Assembly (NCBI GenBank): GCA_951406725.2
Contig: OX597816.1
Location: 7,440,001 to 7,504,000 of the forward strand
From: Octopus vulgaris
Taxonomy: Eukaryota
Direction: 5' to 3'
Length of the DNA stretch: 64,000 bases
Each line of letters starts with the position of its first letter. Position 1 is the stretch's first letter. Position numbers and translations under genes: made by a program. This document shows positions 25,020 through 37,863 of this stretch, piece after piece. The notes below the pieces were generated by a model that was given only the letters and a program-made list of their open reading frames with translations, had not been told where the DNA came from and made no database searches.

Positions 25020-25020
<1 letters not shown>

Positions 25021-25094
<74 letters not shown>

Positions 25095-25147
25095 CCTATC
25101 TACCTATCTATCTATCTACCTATCAATCTATCTATCTATCTACCTAC

Positions 25148-25239
<92 letters not shown>

Positions 25240-25240
25240 A

Positions 25241-25277
<37 letters not shown>

Positions 25278-25278
25278 G

Positions 25279-25324
<46 letters not shown>

Positions 25325-25471
25325 CATCTATCTATCTATCTACCTATCTACCTATCTATCTATCTACCTATTAATCTATCTATCTATCTACCTACCTATC
25401 TATCTATCTATCTATCTACCTATCTACCTATCTATCTATCTACCTATCAATCTATCTATCTATCTACCTAC

Positions 25472-25537
<66 letters not shown>

Positions 25538-25640
25538 GCCTGTCTGTTTGTCTGTCTGTCTGTCTGTTTCTCTCTCTATCTACCTCCCTCTCCCCCTCTC
25601 TCAATCTATCCCTCTGTCTATCTGTCTATTTATCTATCTA
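25021..25640. repeat. (TATC)n microsatellite, right flank of the Tx1-like LINE
   Basis: Visible directly. Confidence 0.95.
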
Positions 25641-25687
25641 GCTACATAATATATACATACACATCCACATAAATGTGCTTATTTATC

Positions 25688-26040
25688 TGTGTGTATGCAT
25701 GTGTCGGTGCGTGTATGTATGTGTGTATGTATGTGTGCATGTATGTATGCATGTATGTATGTATGTATGTATCTATGTATGTATGTATGTATGTGTGTAT
25801 GTATGTGTGTATGTATGTGTGTGTCTATGTATGCATGTATGTATGGATGCATGCATGCATGTATATATGTATGTATGCATGCATGTATGAATGTGTGTGT
25901 CTATGTATGTATGTATGTATGTATGTATGTATGTATGTATGTATGTATGTATGTGTGTATGTATGTATGTATGTATGTGTGTATGTATGTATGTATGTGT
26001 GTATGTATGTATGTGTGTATGTATGTATGTATGTATGTAT
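25688..26040. repeat. (GTAT)n microsatellite
   Basis: Visible directly. Confidence 0.9.
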
Positions 26041-26379
26041 AAATGATGAACGACTGTTACAACATGCTGTCTGCTGTGGTGGCTATAAATGGCGCGGGGT
26101 CGGGACAGGCGATGCGTTCATACCGACTGTCTGAGTGGCCGCATTTATGGGTTAAAGGATCCCCTATCTAACTCCAAGGGAAGGTATGAGTGTAATCAGA
26201 GTTGGAGTTCTGTTCTTGAGTGGCACTCATAGAATAAGAGTCGACTTTCAACAAGAATGAAGAATTAAGATGGAGATTTGAGATAAGGAAACAGATAGAA
26301 CATGTTTTTATCGCCAGAACCAATTCTACGTTTCACTATTTACTTCAGTCACACAGAACCACTAACCTCGTTTATATTG

Positions 26380-26840
26380 CTCTCTCTCTCTCTCTCTCCC
26401 TCCCTCCCTCTTTAACTCGTTCTCTCTCTCTTTAACCCTCTCCCTCTTTTTCTTTAACTCGCTCTCTCTCTTTTTTTAACTCGCTCTAACTCTCTCTCTC
26501 TCTCTCTCTTTAGCTCTCTCTCTCCCTCCCTCTTTAACTCGTTCTCTCTCTCTTTAACTCTCTCCCTCTTTCTCTTTAACTCGCTCTCTCTCTTTTTTTA
26601 ACTCGCTCTCTCTCTTTTTTTAACTCACTCTAACTCTCTCTCTCTCTTTAACTTGCGCTCTCTCCCTCCCTCTTTAACTCGTTCTCTCTCTCTTTAACTC
26701 TCTCCCTCTATCTCTCTTTAACTCGCTCTCTCCCTCCCTCTTTAACTCTCCCTCTCTCTCTCTCTTTAACATGCTCTCTTTCTCTTTAACTCGCTCTCTC
26801 TCTTTAACTCTCTCTCTCTCTCTCTCCCCCCTTGTCTCTC
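26380..26840. repeat. Compound (CT)n/tttaactcg pyrimidine-rich minisatellite
   Basis: tttaactc(g) interspersed among CT runs. Confidence 0.85.
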
Positions 26841-27199
26841 TTCCATATCCACATCGAAAAGGATCTCCACCGGTTTAAACGATGACTATTTGAGGTGCTC
26901 GATCAACGGAACCGCATTGTCAATGTAACTCTGCCCTCCACCCAAACGAAACCAGTGTAACAATTTGTAATACCGCGTAATACTGTGTAACACGGCGTAT
27001 GACGGTGTGACAGGGCGTAACATAGTGCAGACAAGAGGGTCATTGAATTACCTTTTTTCACTGACAAGACATAAATCGACTCGAAGCAGGATCGAACCCG
27101 GATTTCATGATTGCCGGCAAAATCAGACTTCCATCTAAACATGTGAAGTAATTTTGAGTTATTAATTCTTAACATTTCAAAATTCTCCATAAAGTGTCG

Positions 27200-27757
27200 G
27201 AAAAAATGCTTAGCAGTGTTTCGTTCGTCTTTACGTTCCCAGTTCGAATTTGGCCGAGGTCGACTTTGCCTTTCATCCTTTCGGAGTCGATAAATTAAGT
27301 ACTAGTTACGCACTGGGGTCGATATAATCGCCTTAATCCGTATGTCTGTCCTTGTTTGTCCCATCTGTGTTCAGCCCCTTGTGGGTAGTAAAGAAATAGG
27401 TATTTCGTCTGCCGCTACGTTCTGAGTTCAAATTCCGCCGAGGTCGACTTTGCCTTTCATCCTTTCGGGGTCGATAAATTAAGTACCAGTTACGCACTGG
27501 GGTCGATGTAATCGACTTAATCCGTTTGTCTGTCCTTGTTTGTCCTCTCTGTGTTTAGCCCCTTGTGGGTAGTAAAGAAATAGGTATTTCGTCTGCCGCT
27601 ACGTTCTGAGTTCAAATTCCGCCGAGATCAACTTTGCCTTTCATCCTTTCGGCGTCGATAAATTAAGTACCAGTTACGCACTGGAGTCGAAACCCATTTG
27701 ACTGTCCTTGTTTGTCCCCTCTATGTTTAGGCCCTTTGCGGGCAATAAGGAAATAAG
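27200..27757 (+). mobile_element. SINE family B trimer (about 184-bp unit)
   Basis: Three tandem cores joined by aagaaata|ggtatttcgtctg. Confidence 0.88.
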
Positions 27758-28852
27758 AATTGGTGAAGCCACGGCAAAAAAACTACCTCATGGTATTTCT
27801 AGTTATTTACTCTCTGAGTTCAAATCGTATCGAGACCGACTGTTCCTTTCTCCTCCCTCCCCTTGACTTGTAGGTAATAAAGAACCGGTTAAGAACAGGA
27901 ATCGATTTAATTGACTAACCGCTCCCCACTATATCCCAGCTTTGTTCTTGTGTTTGTAACAATTTATGAAATCACCTCCCTTCCTTAATTAGCGTAATCA
28001 GTAATTGTTATTATTTTGTTTGTTTTTCCTAACGTGGTCTTAGAAATATGTTCGATTTCGTCAAAGTAAATTAAAAATCAAGAACAAGGTGGATATAATT
28101 TGGAAAACGATGGTTCGAAGTTGGACCAAAATGAGATCTTTCTATTGGTAAACGTGCGAACTGAGGTGTATGTATTGGAAGGAAAGATTTAAGAGAGCGC
28201 TTTTGAAAAGCGGGAAATTAATTAATGAATGATATTCCGTAATTATATAAATTATGGAAATAATGAAGTTATTTTCATTTTTAATTATGCAAAATAACAC
28301 CTCCAAAATCATTCGTATCTCTTTTCTATAATTAAAAATCTGACATCCGATCGGGAGACTTGGTAAGTTCTTTTGTTATGTTGATTAGGTCAAAGAGACC
28401 AAAACGGGAATAAATTTCCAAAGATTAAATCCTAATTTCTTGAAATTATTTCCCATTTTCTTTAAGATTTAATAATTATCATATTTTTTCTCTTCTTTCT
28501 CCAAAAGCGAGGAAAATTTTAATCAAGAATTATTTACGCACGGCATTGAGTTGGAAAATTCTTTAAAAATCCATGTGTCTTCGTAATCCGGCATCTGGCA
28601 TCTAAGATCAGAGACATTTCAAAATGTGTGAAGAGATAAACAGTTATATTTTTCAATGAAAATCCATTGCAGAAATCCGCTTAAGGCTCGGCATATGACT
28701 GCTCATAGGTATCTTGATTTTTGGAATTTTCAAATATTTCTTTGCTTATATCAATACAAATATTCAAACATAAAACAAACGTTGATAATTATTTATAGTA
28801 ACACAGTCTCCGCAATTTTAATGCATTCGTATATATGTCAATAGAGTGAGTA

Positions 28853-29102
28853 TATTATCCGAAGCGTACAGTATTATATAACCATTACGACCGATCTTAC
28901 TAATCGGTTTCGCACTAGGGATTCAACGGAGTGTTATGTAACAATCCAATTATGTAACACTGCGCTCATCAGAGATAGTCGATTTGGAATGAAATATGGC
29001 GATCGTCTGCCTCTATTGAGTGCAGGGTTACTTTCCAAAACAAAGTTTGAAATTTCTTAATAGAAATCTGATTGCAACAATTCAACGCCAATTTAACCAA
29101 TG
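28853..29102 (-). repeat. Inverted copy of 31772-32020 carrying a hammerhead-like core
   Basis: Reverse complement match, including ctgatgagcgc...gtgcgaaaccgat...atcggtc. Confidence 0.85.
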
Positions 29103-29592
29103 ATATGTGGTCAAATAATTCATTCTAGAAACATTCTTTTGGAAACTCTAAATTACAACAAAAAGCAGCTTTTTATACAAAGAGTAGAGTCACCTGAATT
29201 TGTTACGACTTATTTACGTAGTTGCTTCTACGCTTGACTGAATCTTGAATAAAAACAAATGTTACAACATCAGGCCAAATAAACTCTCCCCGCAATAACT
29301 TCCCACCAACCCGCAACCCGCAAACATAGTTCCCTCCTGTCCTCCTCCCCCACCTCTTCCTACACAACTCCTATTCAATTCTACCTACACTACACTACCT
29401 AAGTAAAGCAGTTTAACGAAGACGAGTTTGACGAAAACCTGCAAACCGAAACGTCAGTTATGGCCAACCTTTACCTCGTAAAATATTAACGTATACATAT
29501 ATGTATATGTATACATATGTATGTATTTATGTGTATGTACATGTATGTATTTGTGTGCATGTATATATGTGTGTGTATATATACATACACAC

Positions 29593-29627
<35 letters not shown>

Positions 29628-29631
29628 TTTT

Positions 29632-30472
29632 CTCTTTTACTTGTTTCAGTCATTTGACTGCGGCCATGCTGGAGCACCGCCTTTAGTCGAGCAAATCGAC
29701 CCCGGGACTTATTCTTTGTAAGCCCAGTACTTATTCTATCGGTCTCTTTTGCCGAACCGCTAAGTTACGGGGACGTAAACACACCAGCATCGGTTGTCAA
29801 GCAATGCTAGGGAGACAAACACAAACACACAAACACACACACACACACATACATACATACATATATATACATATACATATATACGACGGGCTTCTTTCAG
29901 TTTCCGTCTACCAAATTCACTCACAAGGCATTGGTCGGCCCGGGGCAGAAGACACTTGCCCAAGATGCCACGCAGTGGGACTGAACCCGGAACCATGTGA
30001 TTGGTTAGCAAGCTACTTACCACACAGCCACTCCTGCGCCTATATATATATATATCTTTTATTCTTTTACTTGTTTCAGTCATTTGACTGCGGCCATACT
30101 GGAGAACCACGTTTTAGTCGAGCAAATCGACCCCAGGGCTTATTCTTTGTAACCCTAGTACTTATTCTATCGGTCACTTTTTGCTGAACCGCTAAGTTAC
30201 GGGGACGTAAACACACCAGCATCGCATATCAAGCGCTGTTGGGGGGTGGAGGGCAAACACGGACACACACAAACACAAACACACACACACATATACATAT
30301 ATATATACACGACGGGCTTCTTTCAGTTTCCGTCTACGAAATCCACTCACAAGGCTTTGGTCGATCCGAGGCTATCGTAGAAGACACTTGCCCAAGATGC
30401 CACGCAATGGGACTGAACCTGGAACCATGTGGTTGGTAAGCAAGCTACTTACCACACAGCCACACCTGCGCC
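29632..30472 (-). mobile_element. Two tandem SINE family A copies (29632-30040 and 30057-30472)
   Basis: Two full-length reverse copies. Confidence 0.9.
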
Positions 30473-30949
30473 TTATATATATATATATTAGAAATTAAGT
30501 GTACAAGTAGATATATAACTGCTGCTCATATACTTAGAGCTCCCCGTAGATTTTGATAATCCAGTCTGCTTTCTGTATCCTTGTTAATTAAGTACTGTAC
30601 TAAATCACAGGACCAGTTATGAGCTCCAGAGCGAATGTAAGGAAAATAAGGATAGACACACGTTCATATTAGATTTCCTCTGTGTGTTTCACGATTGTGG
30701 TTGTTTGAAGCCCAGCAATTGATGTTCCCAATGCATATCGATACTGAAACACACCGGATAATATATAGGATATTATAAAGTGTTCCCTAAGGAGGATCTG
30801 TTGTGGTTGAGCATACATATGTATTCAGAATTTCCGTCGCTGGATTCAAAAAAGACATAATAGAGAAACGTACGTTGGAACTTTAGTATAAGCTTGTGTT
30901 TAGACAGCGGAATGTGTAGATCTAATGGTGGAGGTGTGTGTAGTATCAT

Positions 30950-31620
30950 GAAAAGTAGTAAATATCATAAAAATAACAATAGAAAATAACGATGCTAATA
31001 AGGCCGATGAGGTAACTTATAAATTAGCCATTACTGAATATAAGGATAACCTATGTGCACGAGGAATCAAATATAGTGTAAATACAAGTTCTGAAACCAA
31101 TACCAATAATGTAGATAAGCTAAACATGTATTATGAAAATTATATTGTTATTCATAATAAGAATAATATGATTAATAATAGTAATAATAATAAGAATTAC
31201 TGTAGCAATTATAATATTCTGTATAGGAATAGGCTTAAATTTAAGACTAAAAAGTGTACTCCACGTGCCACTTTAGATACACTTAATGCTGTTAATTTGG
31301 CTTATTTTTCCTTATGCAAGGCAAATAAAAACTAATTTAGTTACACTGGGTTTTTTTACAGATCTATATTTAAGCATTTTAATCAGGAAAATAAACATAA
31401 TAAAATGATTAATATTAAAAGGAGCAGAATAGGTCTTTCAGTACCTAAAAATTTGTTTAGAATTATCTCTTCATTTAATGATAAAAAAAAACAGACAGTT
31501 TTTATAATAATAGAAGTAATAATCCTATTACCGATAATTATGTCACTAGAACTTGTGATTGTAGATTTAAGGATAAATGTTATTTCAATAATTTTTGTAT
31601 GCAAAATAATCTCCTTTATT
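30950..31620 (+). mobile_element. Degenerate Penelope-like RT-EN linker fragment
   Basis: IFKHFNQENKHNKMIN...IGLSVPKNLFRIISSFN and, after a frameshift, CDCRFKDKCYFNNFCMQNNLLY. This resembles the CNCR-x3-C-x5-C linker that precedes GIY-YIG in Naiad-type PLEs. Confidence 0.6.
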
Positions 31621-32020
31621 ACCTATACTGACACACCCTGTCCTTATTTATTCGATCTTAGTGTGTGTGTGTATACGAGTGAGTGAATAAACGAAAGAAA
31701 GCGTCCCTCAACACATATGATAGGTGTTGTGTGTGTGTGTCAGTCTGTATTATCCGAAGCGTACAGTATTCATTGGTTAAATTGGCGCTGAATTGGTACC
31801 ATCAGATTTCTATTAAGAAATTTCAAACTTTGTTTTGGAAAGTAACCCTGCACTCATTAGAGGCAGACGATCGCCATATTTCATTCCAAATCGACTACCT
31901 CTGATGAGCGCAGTGTTACATAATTGGATTGTTACATAACACTCCGTTGAATCCCTAGCGCGAAACCGATTAGTAAGATCGGTCGTAATGGATATATAAT
32001 ACTATACGCTTCGGATAATA
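31618..32020 (+). repeat. Local repeat with a hammerhead-like core at 31901-31984
   Basis: 31618-31756 is identical to 33083-33221. Core reads CTGATGA GCGC...GCGC GAAA CCGAT tagtaag ATCGG TC. Confidence 0.8.
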
Positions 32021-32284
32021 TATATATATATATATGAGAAGTAAATATATATGCAATATATAAATAAACAAAATTGAAATATAGCAATACATATGTATAT
32101 CAACATAGTTTGCATGTACATAGATATACATACGTATATGTATATGGATCAATTAGCCCTGTTTATAAAGGAACTATAAAGGTTACATATATTATATTAT
32201 ACCTTGATACTGTGTGGCCTGCGATCCCCGTTGAGAGGTCCCTGATATTAAATGAAGTGTTTACACTTATGGTATGCAAATTAG

Positions 32285-32575
32285 TCAGTGGTTAGGGCAT
32301 TCGGCTCACGATCGTGAGTTCAATTCCCGGCGACGCGTTGTGTCCTTGAGCAAGACACTTTATTTCATGTTATTCCAGTTCACTCAGCTGGCAAAAATGA
32401 GTAGTACCTGTATTTCAAAGGGCCATCCTTGTCACATACTGTGACACGCCGTTTTAAGTTGAGAGAACACGTGTCTGTGGAGTGCTCAGCCACATGCACG
32501 TTAATTTCACGAGCAGGCTGTTCGTTGATCGGTTCAACTGGAACTCTCATCGTCGTAACCGACGGAGAGCCATTT
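32285..32575 (+). mobile_element. tRNA-derived SINE, family C variant
   Basis: gtggttagggc...gagttcaattccc head and tccttgagcaagacac. The 3' half is shared with 34290-34480. Confidence 0.8.
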
Positions 32576-32593
32576 ATAAAGGTACTATATATG

Positions 32594-32655
<62 letters not shown>

Positions 32656-33082
32656 TCTGACGCGATCTTTTCCCGCTAATCCAACCTGAACGGATGGAAG
32701 ATTTGGCGAAAGTGGTGAAGTTGACTTCTGTTTGATCTAATCATTTACGTCTAGGCATAGAAATATTTTCTTCCGATCATATCTTGATACACTAAACTTG
32801 CATCCATCTTCTTCTTCTTCCTAATTGATGCTGTGGCTCACATGACCGGTGTCTCTCTGAGAATCAGTTGACCGATTAATCGCATTCTTACAGAATTGAA
32901 ATTTGAGCAAAGATTAATATTGCAAAGAAGTGTGTTCAAACAATATATACACTTGCTCGGGAGTGTTTGATCTGCATTGATGATAACTTCTGTATTTTCA
33001 AGTGGTTAAATGTCATCACATATTAACTACGTATGTTTATTACAGATTAGCTGCGCATAAATACTTTTATATCTGCATGACA

Positions 33083-33230
33083 TTACCTATACTGACACAC
33101 CCTGTCCTTATTTATTCGATCTTAGTGTGTGTGTGTATACGAGTGAGTGAATAAACGAAAGAAAGCGTCCCTCAACACATATGATAGGTGTTGTGTGTGT
33201 GTGTCAGTCTGTATTATCCGATGCGCACAG

Positions 33231-33278
<48 letters not shown>

Positions 33279-33507
33279 TTTACGGCCGATCTTACCAATA
33301 GGTTTCATGCTAGGGATTCAACGGAGTAACCCTGCACTCATTAGAGGTAGACGATCGCCATATTTCATTCCAAATCGACTATCTCTGATGAGCGCAGTGT
33401 TACATAGTTGGATTGTTACATAACACTCCGTTGAATCCCTAGCGCGAAACCGATTAGTAAGATCGGTTGTAATGGATATATAATACTGTGCGCATCGGAT
33501 AATATAC
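33083..33507. repeat. Palindromic copy of the hammerhead-containing repeat
   Basis: 33212-33353 is the imperfect reverse complement of 33374-33504. Confidence 0.8.
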
Positions 33508-34219
33508 CCATTCTATTGACATATATACGAATGCATTTTTCCCCTGACTTATGGACTCTTAGACACTCACACACACGCGCACACACAAATACACACACAC
33601 ATAATTTTTTTTAATAACAGTTTTGTTTCGGCTACATGCAGCATAATGTTTCATAAGCTCGTCAGGTTTTGTCACCTTTGCCTGACGAGATAGATTCGTA
33701 TGACGAACCTCAGAAAAGTTTAAGTCGAATGGAGCCGAATCAAACCGTTATTAAATAATAATAACAGTATTTTGGTAAGAATTGTATAATTCTTACCAAA
33801 ATGTGTTGAGTGTAATTTGCATTTCAAGCTCTTTCCAAATAATATTGACGAAAGTGGGCAGAAGTTGTCTGGGTCGTGTGTGCCAGCGAACTCCTATATA
33901 TCCAGGTATGGTATCCGGGAGGAGTGAAACTGTGTAACACAAATACATATGGAAAGTAGTCTGATGCAAATTAAGAGGTCCCTTATTAACGTAGAAGCCC
34001 TTGTTCACGACCGTCCTCGTATCTCCTGTCCTTTTCCTTAATGGCATATCAGCTTTCGAGAATCTTGATTCTTAGGGTTGTCTCCCCTTTTTATATGGGG
34101 CTATTTTCAGTTGCCATTTGATAATTGTGTCACATCTAGAAGCGGAGGTGATTTTAATAAATCAAAAATTTAGGAAGTATAGTATTTATTTTACCTATAT
34201 TTTCCACGCCCCACCCCTG

Positions 34220-34267
<48 letters not shown>

Positions 34268-34287
34268 CACACACGTGTTTTTTTTTT

Positions 34288-34672
34288 GGAAGCACTCCGT
34301 CGGTTACAACGACGAGGGTTCCGGTTGATCCGAATCAACGGAACAGCCTGCTCGTGAAATTAACGTGTAAGTGGCTGAGCACTCCACAGACACGTGTACT
34401 CTTAACGTAGTTCTCGGGGATATTCACCGTGACACAGAGAGTGACAAGGCCGGCCCCTTGAAATACAGGTACAACAGAAACAGGAAGTAAGAGTGAGAGA
34501 AAGTTGTGGTGAAAGAGTACAGCAGGGATCACCACCATCCCCTGCCAGAGCGTCGTGGAGCTTTAGGTGTTTTCGCTCAATAAACACTCACAACGCCCGG
34601 TCTGGGAATCGAAATCGCGATCCTATGACCGCGAGTCCGCTGCCCTAACCACTGGGCCATTGCGCCTCCACT
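34288..34672 (-). mobile_element. tRNA-derived SINE, family C
   Basis: Minus head ggaggcgcaatggcccagtggttagggc...ttcgattccc and tail gtaaccgacggagtgcttcc plus an A run. Confidence 0.85.
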
Positions 34673-35648
34673 ACACACGTGTACTCAATTTTTAAAGAAA
34701 ATTCCGATCATATTCTTGTCCAGATAACAGTCAGAAGTGACGTTGAACTCAACATGGCATTTTTGTAAGTTTTTCACTGAACAACTTCTGTTACTTGCAG
34801 TTGTTTTTGTTGCTTGGTTGTCTATTTAAATCCGAATGGAACTGAGTCAGCGGGGGCCGCCATTGTCTTAATCATAAATATTAAACAATGTCGCTGACGA
34901 GATACGAAGAGTCGGTTGTCCGGCGGAAACCTATCAACTCCGCCTTCGCCGTATAATGACAGACGATAATAAACGAGAAAGGAGAGCAACAGCGGTAGCA
35001 ATCACAACAGCAGCAGCAACACAAGAGTCCTTGTAACAATTATGGTCTCCCGGCTATTATCTTAAGTAGATATATTTCATGTTTGGATAGATTCGACGTT
35101 GTCGTGTGTCGAAGGTATTGCTCATACTTTATGAGATTTGTACCGGCTTTAACTAGCAAATTGGTTTAGTATTTTCGTATGTATGTATGTGTGTGTGTGG
35201 TGTATGCGTGTGAATAGTCTGGTGTCCCTGTCAGCGCAGAATCTAGATAATTATACGGTTTTTTCACCTGGCATTCGTTAATACGAAAGAGAAAATAATA
35301 ATAAGAAGAGAAAATGTAGAAGACAAGATAATAAAGAAGTAACATTTGAAAAATAGCGCAAACATCAACAAAAACTAACGAAAATACGTCAGCAATGCTT
35401 GGTAAAAAAAAAATAGGGTAAAAAACGGAATAAACAATGAAACGAAACGAAACTGAAAATTTGAAATAATATAACAGAGAAATAAAAGGTAACTGCTTAA
35501 TTAACATAATATATGTAGTGGGGTATATACGAATATTAGTGTGACATGTAATTAACATAATTAACATAGTGGGATGTGCATGAAGATTACAATGATTTAT
35601 GGTTGGAGAGTAGAGGGGTTGGAGGGTAAAAGCTGACAGGATAATGAC

Positions 35649-35739
<91 letters not shown>

Positions 35740-35909
35740 TACCTCCGTTCACTCTTCACTCATCTTCATTTAATCTTTCACCAAACTGTTCGCGTAACAA
35801 CTTCCCACCAAAAAAAATATCTTCAATTCTTTCTCTTCATCTGAGAATTTCTAATCCTTCCTTCTCTCCTGCGAGACTTTTATCTGTCATCGACACCATT
35901 TCGTGCCGC

Positions 35910-36453
35910 AACCGAAACCACCACCACCGCCGCCGCCGCCAATGCCACCACCACCACCACCACCACCACCACCACCACCACCACTAACACCGCCACCACC
36001 ACTACTACCACAACCACCGCTACCACCACTACCATCACCACCACTACCATCACCACTACCACCGCCACAATCACCGCCATCAACCACCGCCATCAACCAC
36101 CACCAACACCACCATCAACACTACCACCATCACTACAACCATCACCACCACCGCTAGCAACCACCACCACAACCACCGCTGGTTGCCGCTGTCGTCTCAC
36201 CGTCGTCGTCAGCGTCATCATTATCATCATCAGCAACACCACTACCGTCATCGTCCTCCTCCTCCTTCTCCTCTTCCCCATCGTCGTCGTCGTCATCATC
36301 ATCATCATCATCATCGCCATCGTGGTGGTGGTGGTGGTCGTCGTCTTTCTCCTCCTACTGCTCCTCTTCATTGTCGCTGTCATCATTATCGTCTTCATCA
36401 TCATCACCATCGTCGTCATCATCATCATCGTCTTCATCATCATCATCATCGTC

Positions 36454-36496
<43 letters not shown>

Positions 36497-36572
36497 CCAC
36501 CACCGTTGTTGTCATCCTCCTCCCCCTGCTACTCTTCGTCGTCGTCATCATCATCATCATCCTCATCCTCAC
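35910..36572. repeat. (ACC)n/(TCA)n/(TCG)n trinucleotide low-complexity tract
   Basis: Visible directly. Confidence 0.9.
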
Positions 36573-37075
36573 CCGTGGAGATGTCTATTACAAATCGAGA
36601 CGATAGTTTGCTTAATCCTTACTTGTACTTTGTTAACCTACTTTTAGCGTACTCTCATGTACTCTCGACAATCAAGAGCCTGACCGAACATCTAAGAGTA
36701 CATTTATCATATCTGAGTCGAGGGTGGATGGATGGTTTGATTCGGGTGTCGGATAACCAATCGAGAGATTATCGGTTCGGTTCGTTCCTGGTTATTTTAC
36801 AGAGCCCTTAACTGAAAATAAACGTTGCGGAAGAGGAATGAACTGATTGCTGTAAACAGCGGGAGTACCGTAAAATTAACGATCGTTTCATGTTGAGTCC
36901 TCTTACATGGGCCAGTGATCATGTAGGAGAATAGATAGAGGTTAAATCAGTGGTCCTCAATAATTTTCTGACCTTTGGTTCCTGTTTTATTCCACCGGAC
37001 CTCAATGGTCATTCACTGGAAATATAAAGAAATCCTTCTGTATTTTTATCATTAATTATTATTAGGGATTACTCT

Positions 37076-37477
37076 TTTTTACTCTTTTACTTGTTTCAGT
37101 CATTTGACTGCGGCCATGCTGGAGCACCGCCTTTAATCGAGCAACTCGACCCCGGGACTTATTCTTTGTAAGCCCAGTACTTATTCCATCGGTCCCTTTT
37201 GCCGAACCGCTAAGCGACGGGGACATAAACGTACCAGCATCGGTTGTCAAGCGATGTTGGGAGGACAAACACAGACACACAAACACATACATATATATAT
37301 ATATACATATATACGACAGGCTTCTTTCAGTTTCCGTCAACCAAATCCACTCACAAGGCTTTGGTCGGCCCGAGGCTATAGTAGAAGACACTTGCCCAAG
37401 GTGCCACGTAGTGGGACTGAACCCGGAACCATGTGGTTGGTAAACAAGCTACTTACCACACAGCCACTCCTGCGCCT
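37076..37477 (-). mobile_element. SINE family A
   Basis: Full-length reverse copy. Confidence 0.9.
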
Positions 37478-37732
37478 ATAAAAAAAAATTTAAGATTTTG
37501 TGTATTGGAGAAGTATAAGCAATTTGTTCATTTATGCCTTTCAGCCCAAAGGTTGTGGCCATGCTGGAGCACCGGCCTTATCACTTTTCAATGACTATTC
37601 TTTTTTTGATTGGCTTTTATAGAAGGAGGAAGGTCGACATGGCTGCCGTCTTTAGAGCTGTTTTTTTTTTTGCCGTGATGTAGGTTCATCTAGGATCTAT
37701 GTCCTTACACAAATTTTAACAACAAAATCTTA

Positions 37733-37863
37733 CATTATTTACATTATTTACATTCGACGGATATTTGTTCTCATCTTGTTTGTTGTTTGTGAGGACAAAT
37801 ATCCGTCGAATGTAAATAATGTAAATAATGTAAATAATTCCTCATCTCTTAAATATAGAACTG
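37733..37863. mobile_element. 131-bp hairpin insertion with a 12-bp TSD
   Basis: aacaaaatctta at 37721-37732 and 37864-37875, with a near-perfect stem of about 42 bp inside. Confidence 0.8.

Larger units (their letters stand above)
17095..25020 (+). mobile_element. Full-length Tx1/L1-clade non-LTR retrotransposon with a nested CR1 insertion
   Basis: 5'UTR, split ORF1 with CCHC knuckle, intact ORF2 and a 3'UTR ending aataaaaagt. (TATC)n lies on both sides. Confidence 0.88.

Noticed and set aside
30485-31620. AT-rich segment first suspected to be a mitochondrial insertion (NUMT)
   Set aside because: No convincing mitochondrial protein motif. The distal part fits a Penelope-like linker and the proximal part remains unassigned.
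34600-34672. SINE heads as functional tRNA genes
   Set aside because: They have A/B boxes but no complete acceptor stem, and they continue into SINE bodies.
34893-34932. ctgacgag...ggaaac as a hammerhead (also cctgacgagg near 53283)
   Set aside because: The required stems cannot be formed around the core.
35880-36811. Poly-Pro/His/Ser ORFs as a transcription-factor exon
   Set aside because: Pure trinucleotide low-complexity sequence with no flanking domain or clear splice sites.
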